Assembly (NCBI GenBank): GCA_963786955.1
Contig: CAWBAT010000004.1
Span: 512,001-576,000 of the forward strand
From: an uncultured Acidimicrobiia bacterium
GTDB lineage: Bacteria; Acidobacteriota; Terriglobia; Versatilivoradales; Versatilivoraceae
Direction: 5' to 3'
Length of the DNA stretch: 64,000 nt
The first letter of the stretch is position 1. Each line of letters opens with the position of its first letter. The notes below the pieces were generated by a model. It did no database searches. It saw nothing but the letters and a program-made list of their open reading frames with translations, and was not told the origin of the DNA. Both the position numbers and the translations under genes were made by a program. Shown here piece by piece: positions 39,776-48,939 of the stretch.

Positions 39776-40804
39776 ATGATAAACAAGCTGCGGTTTGCGG
39801 TTATAGGCACAGGGAATATCATCCGCGAGTTTCATTTGCCTGCGTTGATTCAAAACCCCAGGGCGGATGTGGTTGGCGCAGCCAACCTGCGCTCTGCATC
39901 GCTTGAGGCATTGGCAAAGGAATTCAGGATCAAGAAGACCTACACGGATTTCAATCTGCTGGCCCAAGACTCCGACATTGATGCCGTTGTGATCGGCCTA
40001 CCAAACTACTTAAACGCGCCAACAGCTATCAAAATGCTGCGAGCAGGAAAGCATGTGCTGTGCGAAAAACCCATGGCTAGGACGGTGACAGAGGCGGAAG
40101 CCATGGTTAAAGCAGCCGAACATTCGGGCAGAACCTTGATGATTGCGCACGTCTGGCGCTCACACGAAGAGATGCAGTGGCTCCGTGACGTCATCAACTC
40201 AGAAAAGCTCGGCCGCATCTTCAAGTGCAGAGCCCATGCCATTCCGGCGGGCTGGGGACCGCCAGCAGGAAGTTGGAGAACTCAAGCTGAACTCTCTGGA
40301 GGCGGTGCTTTTGCAGACATAGGGATCCACTCAGTAGATACCTTATCCTTTCTGTTTAATGATCAGCTATTCCCCCTTAAGGTCTTTGCTTCCAAAGGCA
40401 ATCATTTCCACAAGCTCGAAGTGGAGGACACCGCCAGCGTTTTGATTGAGTATGAGAACGGGATGACAGCGTGTATTGAAGCGGGGTGGTATCATCCCTT
40501 TGCCAACAGCCTTCACGGAGCCGTAGAGGTATTCGGCACTGAAGGCTATGCACGAGTGTTTCCGACCGAGTTGTACTGCAAGGTTGAAGGGATCTGGGGG
40601 TGGCAGACTCCTGCGGTGACCTCCGAACGGCCGCATATTGACAAGCCCATGTACGCGGCTCAGATCGATCATTTCATCGATTGTATTATCACCGGCCGGG
40701 CACCCTTGTGCGATGGCCGCCAAGGCCTCCAGGCGGTAAGGTTGATGGAAGCGGTATACGAATCGGCACGGCGAGGAGAGGTCATCAAACTCTCCCCAGC
40801 CTGA
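39776..40804 (+). CDS. Gfo/Idh/MocA oxidoreductase
   Basis: AVIGTG, AGKHVLCEKPM and GGGAFADIGIH motifs. Confidence 0.93.
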   Translation: MINKLRFAVIGTGNIIREFHLPALIQNPRADVVGAANLRSASLEALAKEFRIKKTYTDFNLLAQDSDIDAVVIGLPNYLNAPTAIKMLRAGKHVLCEKPMARTVTEAEAMVKAAEHSGRTLMIAHVWRSHEEMQWLRDVINSEKLGRIFKCRAHAIPAGWGPPAGSWRTQAELSGGGAFADIGIHSVDTLSFLFNDQLFPLKVFASKGNHFHKLEVEDTASVLIEYENGMTACIEAGWYHPFANSLHGAVEVFGTEGYARVFPTELYCKVEGIWGWQTPAVTSERPHIDKPMYAAQIDHFIDCIITGRAPLCDGRQGLQAVRLMEAVYESARRGEVIKLSPA

Positions 40805-40837
40805 ATTCCGGGGCATCTTAATACTCAGGAGGCAAAG

Positions 40838-41653
40838 GTGAGCGGATTTCCAACCATCGCGGTCAACACGGTGACCTATCTTCCCTACAGTTTGGACGAG
40901 GCGCTCCGGGGAATTCGAGCGGCCGGATTCAGATATGTAGAGCTCGCCTCCATCCCAGGTGTATGTCAGCACATCCCACTCGACATGGGTGATACTGCAA
41001 TCAAGACATTGAAAAAGAAGCTCGCCAATTTAGGCCTGAAGCTATGCAGCCTCAGTTCTCATACCGACTTGACCAGCAAAGAGGGGTCTAGGCTCGCGAT
41101 GCAGGCAATAAACCTGGCATCACGACTGGAAGTATCCATCGTCAACACGGCAGTTGGAGGACCTTCGAACGAAAACGAAGATGAGTCCCTCTTTCTGGAA
41201 AATATTCCAGAGATCGCAGACTATGCCCGACGTAACCGCGTAGTCTTGGCTCTGGAGATTCATGGCACTTTGACCTCGACTGGCAAGAAGAGCCTGGGGT
41301 TGATCCGAAAGGTAAACCATCCCAACGTGAAGATTAATTACGATACCGGGAATAGCCTCTATTTTGCAGGAACTTCGCCTTATGAAGATCTCATGGAAGC
41401 CCTACCCGAGGTGGCACACATTCACCTTAAGGACAAGGTCGGAGGTAGAAGGGTTTGGAATTTCCCGCCCATCGGTACCGGTGAGATTGATTTTCGGCGA
41501 ATACTGGATTCGCTCTCAACCGCCAACTTTTCAGGCCCCATGAGCATTGAAATTGAATTCACAGAAAAAGGATGGCCCAGTTTGACAGAAGTCGATGACG
41601 CCGTTGTTGTCTCTTTTCGAAACTTGGGGAAGCTGTTAAAACGAAGGGAATAA
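40838..41653 (+). CDS. Sugar-phosphate isomerase/epimerase (TIM barrel)
   Basis: ALEIH, NYDTGN, HIHLKD, GTGEIDF and SIEIE motifs. GTG start with RBS GGAGG. Confidence 0.9.
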   Translation: MSGFPTIAVNTVTYLPYSLDEALRGIRAAGFRYVELASIPGVCQHIPLDMGDTAIKTLKKKLANLGLKLCSLSSHTDLTSKEGSRLAMQAINLASRLEVSIVNTAVGGPSNENEDESLFLENIPEIADYARRNRVVLALEIHGTLTSTGKKSLGLIRKVNHPNVKINYDTGNSLYFAGTSPYEDLMEALPEVAHIHLKDKVGGRRVWNFPPIGTGEIDFRRILDSLSTANFSGPMSIEIEFTEKGWPSLTEVDDAVVVSFRNLGKLLKRRE

Positions 41654-41664
41654 CAAGCTGATCG

Positions 41665-42175
41665 CTGAAGTAGCAACAGGCCTCCTGGCCTGTTGGCCGG
41701 GGCCAGCGGCCCCGGCTACAGCTGATCCTTGCGACATTGCACAAAAGGCTTGGACGCTTGTTGCCAGGGGTAATCGGTCGCCACGACGCAGCTTTGCCCG
41801 AGTGTAGCGCGGACCTGGATTCCCCCTTTGAAGGGGGTGCCGCTTTGCGGCAGGGGATGTAAAGGGTCCGCGTCTTGTCTTCTCATTCTTGAATAGGCCG
41901 CAGAGTCAGAATACGACTCTGCGGCCTTCTGAGGAAAGTGTTTAACGCTCCTCCCTTCCCCCAAAGCCGCGGAGTTAAACCGCAACTCCGCGCTACCTGC
42001 TCTGTCACATGTTCATCGAGCGTGCGCGGGAGTGCCCGCTCCGCCTAGCCCTCCAAACAGGTCGCTCCTGACGGAGCTGCGATTCTTGACGATTGCTCAG
42101 TTCTAGAGACAGCCCGCCGCGACGCGGCTTTGCGCGAGTGTAGCGCGGACCCGCTTTCCGGGTTTGCGGCCTTTC
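41665..42175. repeat. Mixed REP-like palindrome cluster
   Basis: gtagcaacaggcctcctggcctgt..ggggccagcggccccggctac; gtgtagcgcggacc (x2); gagcgtgcgcgggagtgcccgctcc; gctcctgacggagc. Confidence 0.78.
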
Positions 42176-42412
42176 TACTCACCAGTTTCAATGAGCCACA
42201 GAGTCAAGAATCGACTCAGCACTACTTGCTTCACTCCTTACCCAAGGAAGGGAACCAAGATTGAATTTCTCTACATTTTTCCTCTTGTAACGGAGATTGG
42301 CCCAGGTCCGGATCTCCATGACCAGGAGATGTCTGTTGATCCTTGCTGAGCATTTGAGATATTTTGGTTCCGCTCAGGCTTTACATTTGAACCACGAGGA
42401 GGAATTTGTTGA

Positions 42413-43276
42413 ATGACGAAATCCGTTGCAGAAAAATATGTTTATTCCGATCTCACCTGGCCTGAAGTAAACGAGGCCGTCAAAATGAAAAAAGTGATCC
42501 TTCTTCCAGTCGGATCGACGGAACAACACGGACCACATCTTCCCCTGGACGTGGACAATTTGTTGGCCACAAGCATATGTCTTGAAGCGGGGCGGCGCGC
42601 TCCTCAAAAAATCCTGGTTGCTCCGTCAATCCCCTATGGCTACAACATTAATGCCATGGATTATCCTGGGACCCTACACGTTGCTTATGATCACTTTGTC
42701 GAATACTGCGCCGACGTGTGCAAAAGCTTCGCCTACCACGGATTCAAACGGATTGTCATCGTGAATGGACATGGGGGGAATACGGCCCTGCTTGAAGTAG
42801 TCGGCCGGAAAACCGTTATGGAGACCGATGCTCTCGTGGCCTCTTTTATGTGGTGGAACATGCTTCGGGTCAATCCCGACTTCGTGGATTCCTTCCGAGA
42901 GTCTGTGTTCCCCGGAGGGTCCGGTCACGCCTGCGAAATCGAGACCTCAGCGTATCTTTGTTTGGCCAGTGACAAAGTTCAGATGGACCGTGCCAAAGAT
43001 TATATTGCCTGGTACAACCAGAAAGGAGCCACGGGGTTTCAATGGGCGGATGCGTTTGGCTCAGGGCCGGTGAGTTTAGTCGAATGGACTAGCACATTTG
43101 TGGAGGAGGGCGTATTTGGTCAGCCAACTTTGGCTACAGCCGAGAAGGGACAACGCATTATTGAGGAGGCGGTCTCCCGGCTGGTCCAATTCGTAGAAGA
43201 ATTCCAAGATCGAGTTCCGCGGCCTCGAGTGGATCACCATGTTCTTCCGACTACCAGTCCTCTTCCCAAGGTCTGA
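42413..43276 (+). CDS. Creatininase-family amidohydrolase
   Basis: LPVGSTEQHGPHLP.D.D, NGHGGN, HACEIETS and ATAEKG motifs. Confidence 0.93.
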   Translation: MTKSVAEKYVYSDLTWPEVNEAVKMKKVILLPVGSTEQHGPHLPLDVDNLLATSICLEAGRRAPQKILVAPSIPYGYNINAMDYPGTLHVAYDHFVEYCADVCKSFAYHGFKRIVIVNGHGGNTALLEVVGRKTVMETDALVASFMWWNMLRVNPDFVDSFRESVFPGGSGHACEIETSAYLCLASDKVQMDRAKDYIAWYNQKGATGFQWADAFGSGPVSLVEWTSTFVEEGVFGQPTLATAEKGQRIIEEAVSRLVQFVEEFQDRVPRPRVDHHVLPTTSPLPKV

Positions 43277-43340
43277 ATGAGGAAAGCGCGCCCTGATACT
43301 TTTCGTTGGTCAGTCTGGTCCTGGTCGTTTTAGACCCAGA

Positions 43341-44246
43341 CTACATTCGGTGGGCTTTGGCCTTTGGGCGTGACTTTAGGTGGGCCTCTATTTGCAATTC
43401 GTCTTTCCGGATCTGTTCATTCTGCCAATTGTGGTCAATACGGGGATAGAAACGCTCCGGAGCTTCCAAAGCCCAGAGTTGTTTGCGAATCACCCAGTTG
43501 TTGGGTTCCAAGCTGAAAGCTCTCCTCCAGAAAGTCACTGCATCCCGGACTTTCCTTAAACGGAGGGCCACCGCTCCCCGCGCAAATAGGGCTCTGGTAT
43601 TCTTGGGCTGGACAGCAAGAATCGCGTCGTATTCTTTGGCCGCCTTTTTATGCTGACCTGTCTTTACAAGCAGTTCGCATAGTTTCAGTCGCTTCTCAAA
43701 TCCGCGGCTGGAAGCTTTGATTTGGCGTTTCAACTCAGTAATTTCTTTCTTGAAGGGCAAGCTTGGTCGTTCCTGAACTCGAATGGGCTGCTTGGCCCAT
43801 TTATCTGAAATCAGATCTTCGATAATCTTTCGGTTGATGTTGTCCCGAATATCGAATCCACCTACCTTGAGATAGCGAATGACTCCGCGTTCATCGATGT
43901 AGTAGCCATTGGGGACAAAGTCAAAACCCAACTGGTCCCACAAACAATCTACAGAATCGACAACGACCGGGAAATCCGCTTTCGCCTGTTCGACAAAAGG
44001 TTTTACGACTGCGGCACCTTGCCCATCCATCGCTACTCCGATGATCTCGATCCCGCCATTCTGATGCTCTCGGTAGAATTCCTGCCACTCGGCAAGCTGT
44101 TCACGGCAAGAGTCCCATGTTGCCCAGGTAAACAACAGGACACGCTTCCCTCGATATTCACTGAGCCGAATCTCATTTCCGTCCAGTGTGAGGAAAGCAA
44201 GATCTGGAGCCGGGTCGCCAATTTTGACACTTCGTTTTTCAGGCAT
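43341..44246 (-). CDS. Redoxin (AhpC/TSA-TlpA-like) domain protein with TPR C-terminus
   Basis: IGDPAPD..LSEYRGK.VLL..WATWDSCR, YIDERG.IR, TPR helices. Confidence 0.82.
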   Translation of the reverse strand: MPEKRSVKIGDPAPDLAFLTLDGNEIRLSEYRGKRVLLFTWATWDSCREQLAEWQEFYREHQNGGIEIIGVAMDGQGAAVVKPFVEQAKADFPVVVDSVDCLWDQLGFDFVPNGYYIDERGVIRYLKVGGFDIRDNINRKIIEDLISDKWAKQPIRVQERPSLPFKKEITELKRQIKASSRGFEKRLKLCELLVKTGQHKKAAKEYDAILAVQPKNTRALFARGAVALRLRKVRDAVTFWRRAFSLEPNNWVIRKQLWALEAPERFYPRIDHNWQNEQIRKDELQIEAHLKSRPKAKAHRM

Positions 44247-44370
44247 GATTGAGTCGGTGCCGAGAACCAAGCCTCAATTGAAACCCGGTTCTCGTGGTAG
44301 TCGTCTAATCCTTATATGGGTTGAATCGATGGGTCCGATATCCAGGGAGGCGTAAACTAACGTTACGAGA

Positions 44371-44401
44371 CCAGAAGGAAGATCCAATCTCTCCCTTCTG
44401 G
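44371..44401 (-). terminator. Hairpin after the S1 gene (possible terminator)
   Basis: ccagaagg..ccttctgg stem 15 nt after the stop; no clear U tract. Confidence 0.35.
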
Positions 44402-44416
44402 AAATCCATCAAGAAC

Positions 44417-45883
44417 TCAGTCTGCTGTGTGAGATTTCTGACGCAGCTCCTGAGGAAAACTTTCGCCTAGACTATGTCCTCCGCTATTGACCGCCGCCTC
44501 CAGGTATTCTCTTACAGCACCCTGAGTTCCTTCGTCAACAACTGCCTTGATACTGAGTGAGATCTTACGTCCGGCAAGGTCGACTCCGAGCACCTTGGCA
44601 GAGATTTCCTGTCCGGGCAGGAAATTGGTAAGCACGTGTTTACTCGTCGCCTCTCCGACCTCCGAAATGTGAACGAGCCCTTCAATCCCCTCGGCGATCT
44701 CAACAAAGATACCGAAATCAGCGACACGTGACACCGTGCCCCGAACGGTTTGGCCGGGCTGATGATCACGGGCAAATATTTCCCATGGGTTTTCTGTTAC
44801 TTTCCTCAGACTCAGCGACAATTTTCGATTGGTTGGATCAATGCGGGTAACTACAGCGTCAACCTCATCACCCACCTTCAAGACTTGGTCCGGATGACTC
44901 ACCCGGCGGGTCCAGGAGATCTCGGAAACTGGAATCAACCCCTGAATGCCAGATTCTAATTCGACAAACGCCCCGAAATTCTCCAGTTTCCTTGCGATCC
45001 CACGAACCAGAGCTCCCTCAGGATAAGCTTCCGCTGCTCTCAGCCAGGGGTCGTCTTCCGTTTTTCGAAAGCCAAGAGAGATGCGATTCTTCTCGCGATC
45101 GTACTTCAGGACCTCGACCTCAATCTGGTCTCCAATCTTAAACATTTCGGTAGGATGATGGATACGTCGCCAGGACATCTCGGAAATATGCAGGAGTCCT
45201 TCCACGCCCCCGATATCCACGAACACCCCATAATCCATCATTCGTTTCACAACGCCGTGCAGCTGTTGTCCTTCAGTCAGAGTCGTTAAAGTCTCGCGTC
45301 GTTTCTCTGCTTTTCCTTCATTGAGAATTGCTTTTCGAGAAAGAATCAACTTGCCGTTCGGCAGGTCGTGTTGAATGACTTTGAAGATATAGCTTTGGCC
45401 AATATAGGGTTTGAGGTCTTCCACATACTGTTCGTCGATTTGCGAGGCGGGGACGAAGGCTCTCATTCCGACATCCACGAGCAATCCGCCCTTGACAATC
45501 TCTGTCACTCGACCTTCAACGGGCTTGCCAGCAATAATCGCTTCTTCAATTACTGCCTGCCTCCTGGCTCTACTGGCCTTACGATAAGACACGCGGAGCT
45601 GTTGGTCACTTCCTGTTCCGCTCTCCAGCATAACAAGAATAGTATCCCCTTCTCCATACATCAAGCTCCCATCAGGGGCGGTGATCTCTTCTCTTTTTAA
45701 GATGCCTTCAGAGCGGCCTCCGGCATCCACTAAAATATCCGTATCAAAGATCCCAACGATTTTACCTTGTACGATATTTCCGGGCTTTAATTGCGTCGCA
45801 GTTTCATTGTACTTTGCAAGAAGAGCAGCAAAATCCTCCTCGTGGCTGACTTCATTCTTTTGTTCCAATTTCTCATTATCCAT
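44417..45883 (-). CDS. rpsA: Ribosomal protein S1-like protein (five S1 domains)
   Basis: Repeated YGVFVDIGGVEGLLHISEMSW / FGAFVELE.GI.GL / FGIFVEI..GIEGLVHISE. Possibly a paralog. Confidence 0.8.
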   Translation of the reverse strand: MDNEKLEQKNEVSHEEDFAALLAKYNETATQLKPGNIVQGKIVGIFDTDILVDAGGRSEGILKREEITAPDGSLMYGEGDTILVMLESGTGSDQQLRVSYRKASRARRQAVIEEAIIAGKPVEGRVTEIVKGGLLVDVGMRAFVPASQIDEQYVEDLKPYIGQSYIFKVIQHDLPNGKLILSRKAILNEGKAEKRRETLTTLTEGQQLHGVVKRMMDYGVFVDIGGVEGLLHISEMSWRRIHHPTEMFKIGDQIEVEVLKYDREKNRISLGFRKTEDDPWLRAAEAYPEGALVRGIARKLENFGAFVELESGIQGLIPVSEISWTRRVSHPDQVLKVGDEVDAVVTRIDPTNRKLSLSLRKVTENPWEIFARDHQPGQTVRGTVSRVADFGIFVEIAEGIEGLVHISEVGEATSKHVLTNFLPGQEISAKVLGVDLAGRKISLSIKAVVDEGTQGAVREYLEAAVNSGGHSLGESFPQELRQKSHTAD

Positions 45884-46031
45884 TAGGGGACTCCAACCTT
45901 TGTAGATTAGATCCGATTATAACAGAATCACATCCATTTGAGCAGGAATTCGGCGCGGGGCATAATCTGCTCTCTAGACATCACTCCTTAAAGTTGTTAA
46001 GCTTTGTATTATCTTTCTATCGGGGTGAGTT

Positions 46032-46409
46032 ATGGCCACATCTTTCACGGAAAAGCGCTCTCACCAGCGCGCTAGAGTAACCTGGAAAGTGGAGTGCGTA
46101 GGCACCCAGGGTTCAAAGCCTGCGATCCACGAAGGGAGTCGGTTGGAAGACTATAGTCCTTCCGGTGCCTGCTTCTTGACAATGTCAGAAGTAAAGGTCG
46201 GGATGGAGTTGGTCTTTAACGTTAGCCTCCCGCTTCGCATGGCTCGCCCCTTGGTCCTTAAAGGAATCATTGTCCGGGTCGATGAGGACGTTGACATCGG
46301 AAAGATGTTTAGGGCTGCAGGAGTCCGCTGGTTGCCAAACCAGAAAAAATTGCCGGACCTTCACCGAATCTCTTTAGACCCGCCGCGTTCAAAAGACAGC
46401 TCTCACTAA
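46032..46409 (+). CDS. PilZ domain c-di-GMP-binding protein
   Basis: RxxxR (KRSHQR) and DxSxxG (DYSPSG) motifs. Confidence 0.8.
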   Translation: MATSFTEKRSHQRARVTWKVECVGTQGSKPAIHEGSRLEDYSPSGACFLTMSEVKVGMELVFNVSLPLRMARPLVLKGIIVRVDEDVDIGKMFRAAGVRWLPNQKKLPDLHRISLDPPRSKDSSH

Positions 46410-46465
46410 GTGATCTTGGCGAATTTCAAGAACTCATTGATGTAAACTCAAAACGGGGAGAACGA

Positions 46466-46813
46466 ATGACTCACTTTGACTGGAACCAGATCCCACAGGA
46501 ACAGCTGAATCCGCACTTTTCGAGAAAATTTGTAAATGGCGAAAAAATCATGATCGCCCAACTCTTTCTGAAAAAAGGATGTGTCGTTCCAGAACATTCT
46601 CACGAAAGTGAACAATTATCCATGGTAGTCACCGGCAATGTGAAGTTCAAGCTCGATGGGGAAGAGCGGATCGTGACCAGCAACCAAATGGTATTGATCC
46701 CCTCCAATAAAGTTCATTCGGTCGAGGCACTGGAAGACACCCTCGTGTACGATATTTTCAGCCCAATCCGTGTCGACTGGCTTGAAAAAACCGATAGCTA
46801 TTTGCGCAAGTAG
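46466..46813 (+). CDS. Cupin domain protein
   Basis: PEHSHESEQ..G, IPSNKVH and DIFSPIR.DW motifs. Confidence 0.9.
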   Translation: MTHFDWNQIPQEQLNPHFSRKFVNGEKIMIAQLFLKKGCVVPEHSHESEQLSMVVTGNVKFKLDGEERIVTSNQMVLIPSNKVHSVEALEDTLVYDIFSPIRVDWLEKTDSYLRK

Positions 46814-46898
46814 CCCGCTTGGGTTAACAGATACTCTGATTTATTCCTTCCCATTGGTCACACCTTATAGACAAGTTTAAAGGAACGGAGGAACTCGG

Positions 46899-47423
46899 AT
46901 GAAAAAGAGAATGATTCTTTGTCTCTTGGCTTTAACGTGGGTTGCTCTGGTCTCGACAGAGGCTTTGCCCCAGAAAAACCCCAGGACTACCAGTAAACTT
47001 GAAATCGGAGGGAAATATATTTTTGTGGAGTACGGGCGGCCTTCCCTCAAAGGTCGCGACATGTTAACGCAATTGGAAGTTAGTAAGATCTGGAGGTTGG
47101 GAGCGGACAAGTCCACAACGCTGACATCCAGTGCAAACCTCTCTTTCAATAAAATCTCCGTCCCTCCGGGAACCTATAGCCTCTGGTTAAAGAAACTGGG
47201 GGACAAATCTTATGAGTTGCTCTTCAATAGTAAGAGTGGCCAATGGGGAACACAGCACGAATCGATCGACGACTTCGCAGATGTACCCCTGACGTATTCA
47301 GAAAGCAGTGAAAGTGTGGAATTGTTTACGATCAACTTGATCAGGGCAGCGAAGGGCAATGGTGCCGAAATTGAATTGCTCTGGGGTAACGTTGTTCTGA
47401 AGGCGCCTTTCACCCTCAAGTAA
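46899..47423 (+). CDS. DUF2911-like secreted protein
   Basis: Signal peptide, VEYGRPS.KGR, WRLGA, PGTYSL and QWG motifs. Confidence 0.85.
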   Translation: MKKRMILCLLALTWVALVSTEALPQKNPRTTSKLEIGGKYIFVEYGRPSLKGRDMLTQLEVSKIWRLGADKSTTLTSSANLSFNKISVPPGTYSLWLKKLGDKSYELLFNSKSGQWGTQHESIDDFADVPLTYSESSESVELFTINLIRAAKGNGAEIELLWGNVVLKAPFTLK

Positions 47424-47768
47424 CTCCCACCCATTTAAAAGAATTCTCTATTACGCACCGCTCCTGAAGCTCAAATGGAGGCCAAGTTTCTTCTTTTGAA
47501 ATTCACATGAGGCCACAACCTCCCGAGTAACCAGCATCTCCTCAGAAATCGCGCCGGATGATTTATCCCATGTGAATCAGCAGGAGGGTAAGGCTAGAAG
47601 AGCTGGGGTGGAAGTGGTCGGTGGAATAGATGATGCGACCGTGAATATCCCAATGCGCCGTTTTCCTTAACAGTTAAAGACAGATCGACTGCGGGCTGCA
47701 TTATTTGCAGAGTTCTTCAGCATCTCCGTTAGAGAATCATCTCCCGGTAGAGGCGAAATGAATAGGGT

Positions 47769-48206
47769 TCAGTGAATACGGCTATTTTTGCTTGTCAGGC
47801 AGGCAAATGCCATTAACGCTTTTGCTTTTTCCTTCTCAAATGGCAGGACCCCTGTTTCCGAAGTCACCTTGGAAGCAGGGGGAGCTGTTTTCAAGACATT
47901 CTCCAAGGTTGTCTCCGCCTGACTGAGGCGTTGGTTGATGACGCTTAGAGCATTTGAATATGTGTTGATGGCACTCTGGATCTTTTCCAGTGATTTCTTG
48001 CTTTCTTCCCGGCAGGCCTCCACCAGAACTTGTCTCTCGTATGTATCCCGCACCTTACCCGCTAGAGCCTCAATCTGATCTGGGGCCAAGCTCAAGTCGC
48101 TTAGGCGCTCGATCAGTCTGGCTATCCGAGATTTGAACTCGGTAGAAAGATTGTACTCCTGATTCAACTGACTTAGATAGCTGCTGAGTGGGTTTTCTTT
48201 GACCAT
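47769..48206 (-). CDS. Hypothetical coiled-coil protein
   Basis: 145-aa helical ORF with RBS AAGGA; no recognised motif. Confidence 0.6.
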   Translation of the reverse strand: MVKENPLSSYLSQLNQEYNLSTEFKSRIARLIERLSDLSLAPDQIEALAGKVRDTYERQVLVEACREESKKSLEKIQSAINTYSNALSVINQRLSQAETTLENVLKTAPPASKVTSETGVLPFEKEKAKALMAFACLTSKNSRIH

Positions 48207-48721
48207 ACGATCCTTGAAGATATTGTCTTAATAGGAGCTGCGATGAGCTCGGGCCTGTTGAAAATCGAAGATTGAAGGAGCAAATCCCATCTTTGCTATG
48301 GCATTCAATGGCACGCCAACCACCAAATTGGGAATACCCTTTAGCCATTTTGGTTTGGAGGAGGAATCTGTCCTAATAATTGTAATTTCAAATACTTAGA
48401 CTAGGTCTAAACTCGGGGATACAGGGACGAGGAAATGGAAAAAGAGAAAAAAATGTCCGATTCTGGGCAGTAGGATAGGAAGGGGTGGCATTCGATTCTT
48501 TCAAAAACCTTTCCCTGTGAGCAATTCTATGCCAATCATTAGCCTATTGCCGTTTTGGATGACAGGCCTCTCAATTGTCCTCCATTGAGAATGCCGTACG
48601 AATGCCTCGATACATCTTTTTGAGTTATTGCTTCACGCATCCACACCATCCAATTTCGCTAGACACACGATGACCTTTTCATTAAGATTTCGCCTGTCTT
48701 TCCAAGCTGTGTGTTGTCTTT

Positions 48722-48825
48722 CAGGTCTCGGGCTCCGTGCAATTCGGATCTGCAAACCCCGCCAGGTTCGGAAGAAAGCAACGGTAGTGGACACCCGGAT
48801 GTGCCGCGGAACAACCCGGGACCTG
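48722..48825 (+). ncRNA. ffs: Signal recognition particle 4.5S RNA
   Basis: Long hairpin closed by caggtctcggg/cccgggacctg. Core CAGGTTC-GGAA-GAAAGCAAC matches SRP helix 8. Canonical position upstream of dnaX. Confidence 0.92.
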
Positions 48826-48939
48826 GCCAGTCTTCACAAACTCTTTTTGCTCACGCTCAATCAGGGGAGATTCTTAAGTTCGGAAGACCCTTGCTGACAT
48901 TGCATCTCCTTTCAAAGAATCGATTTCCCGATCAACTTC

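Noticed and set aside
31593-43276. Radical SAM + creatininase as a mycofactocin/RiPP cluster
   Set aside because: The radical SAM is Tes-like rather than SPASM/MftC-like, no precursor peptide or RRE protein is seen, and the genes are 9 kb apart.
48520-48535. Sigma54-like TTGGCATAGAATTGCT on the minus strand
   Set aside because: GG-to-GC spacing is 9 nt instead of the required 10. It could only hold if there is an indel error.
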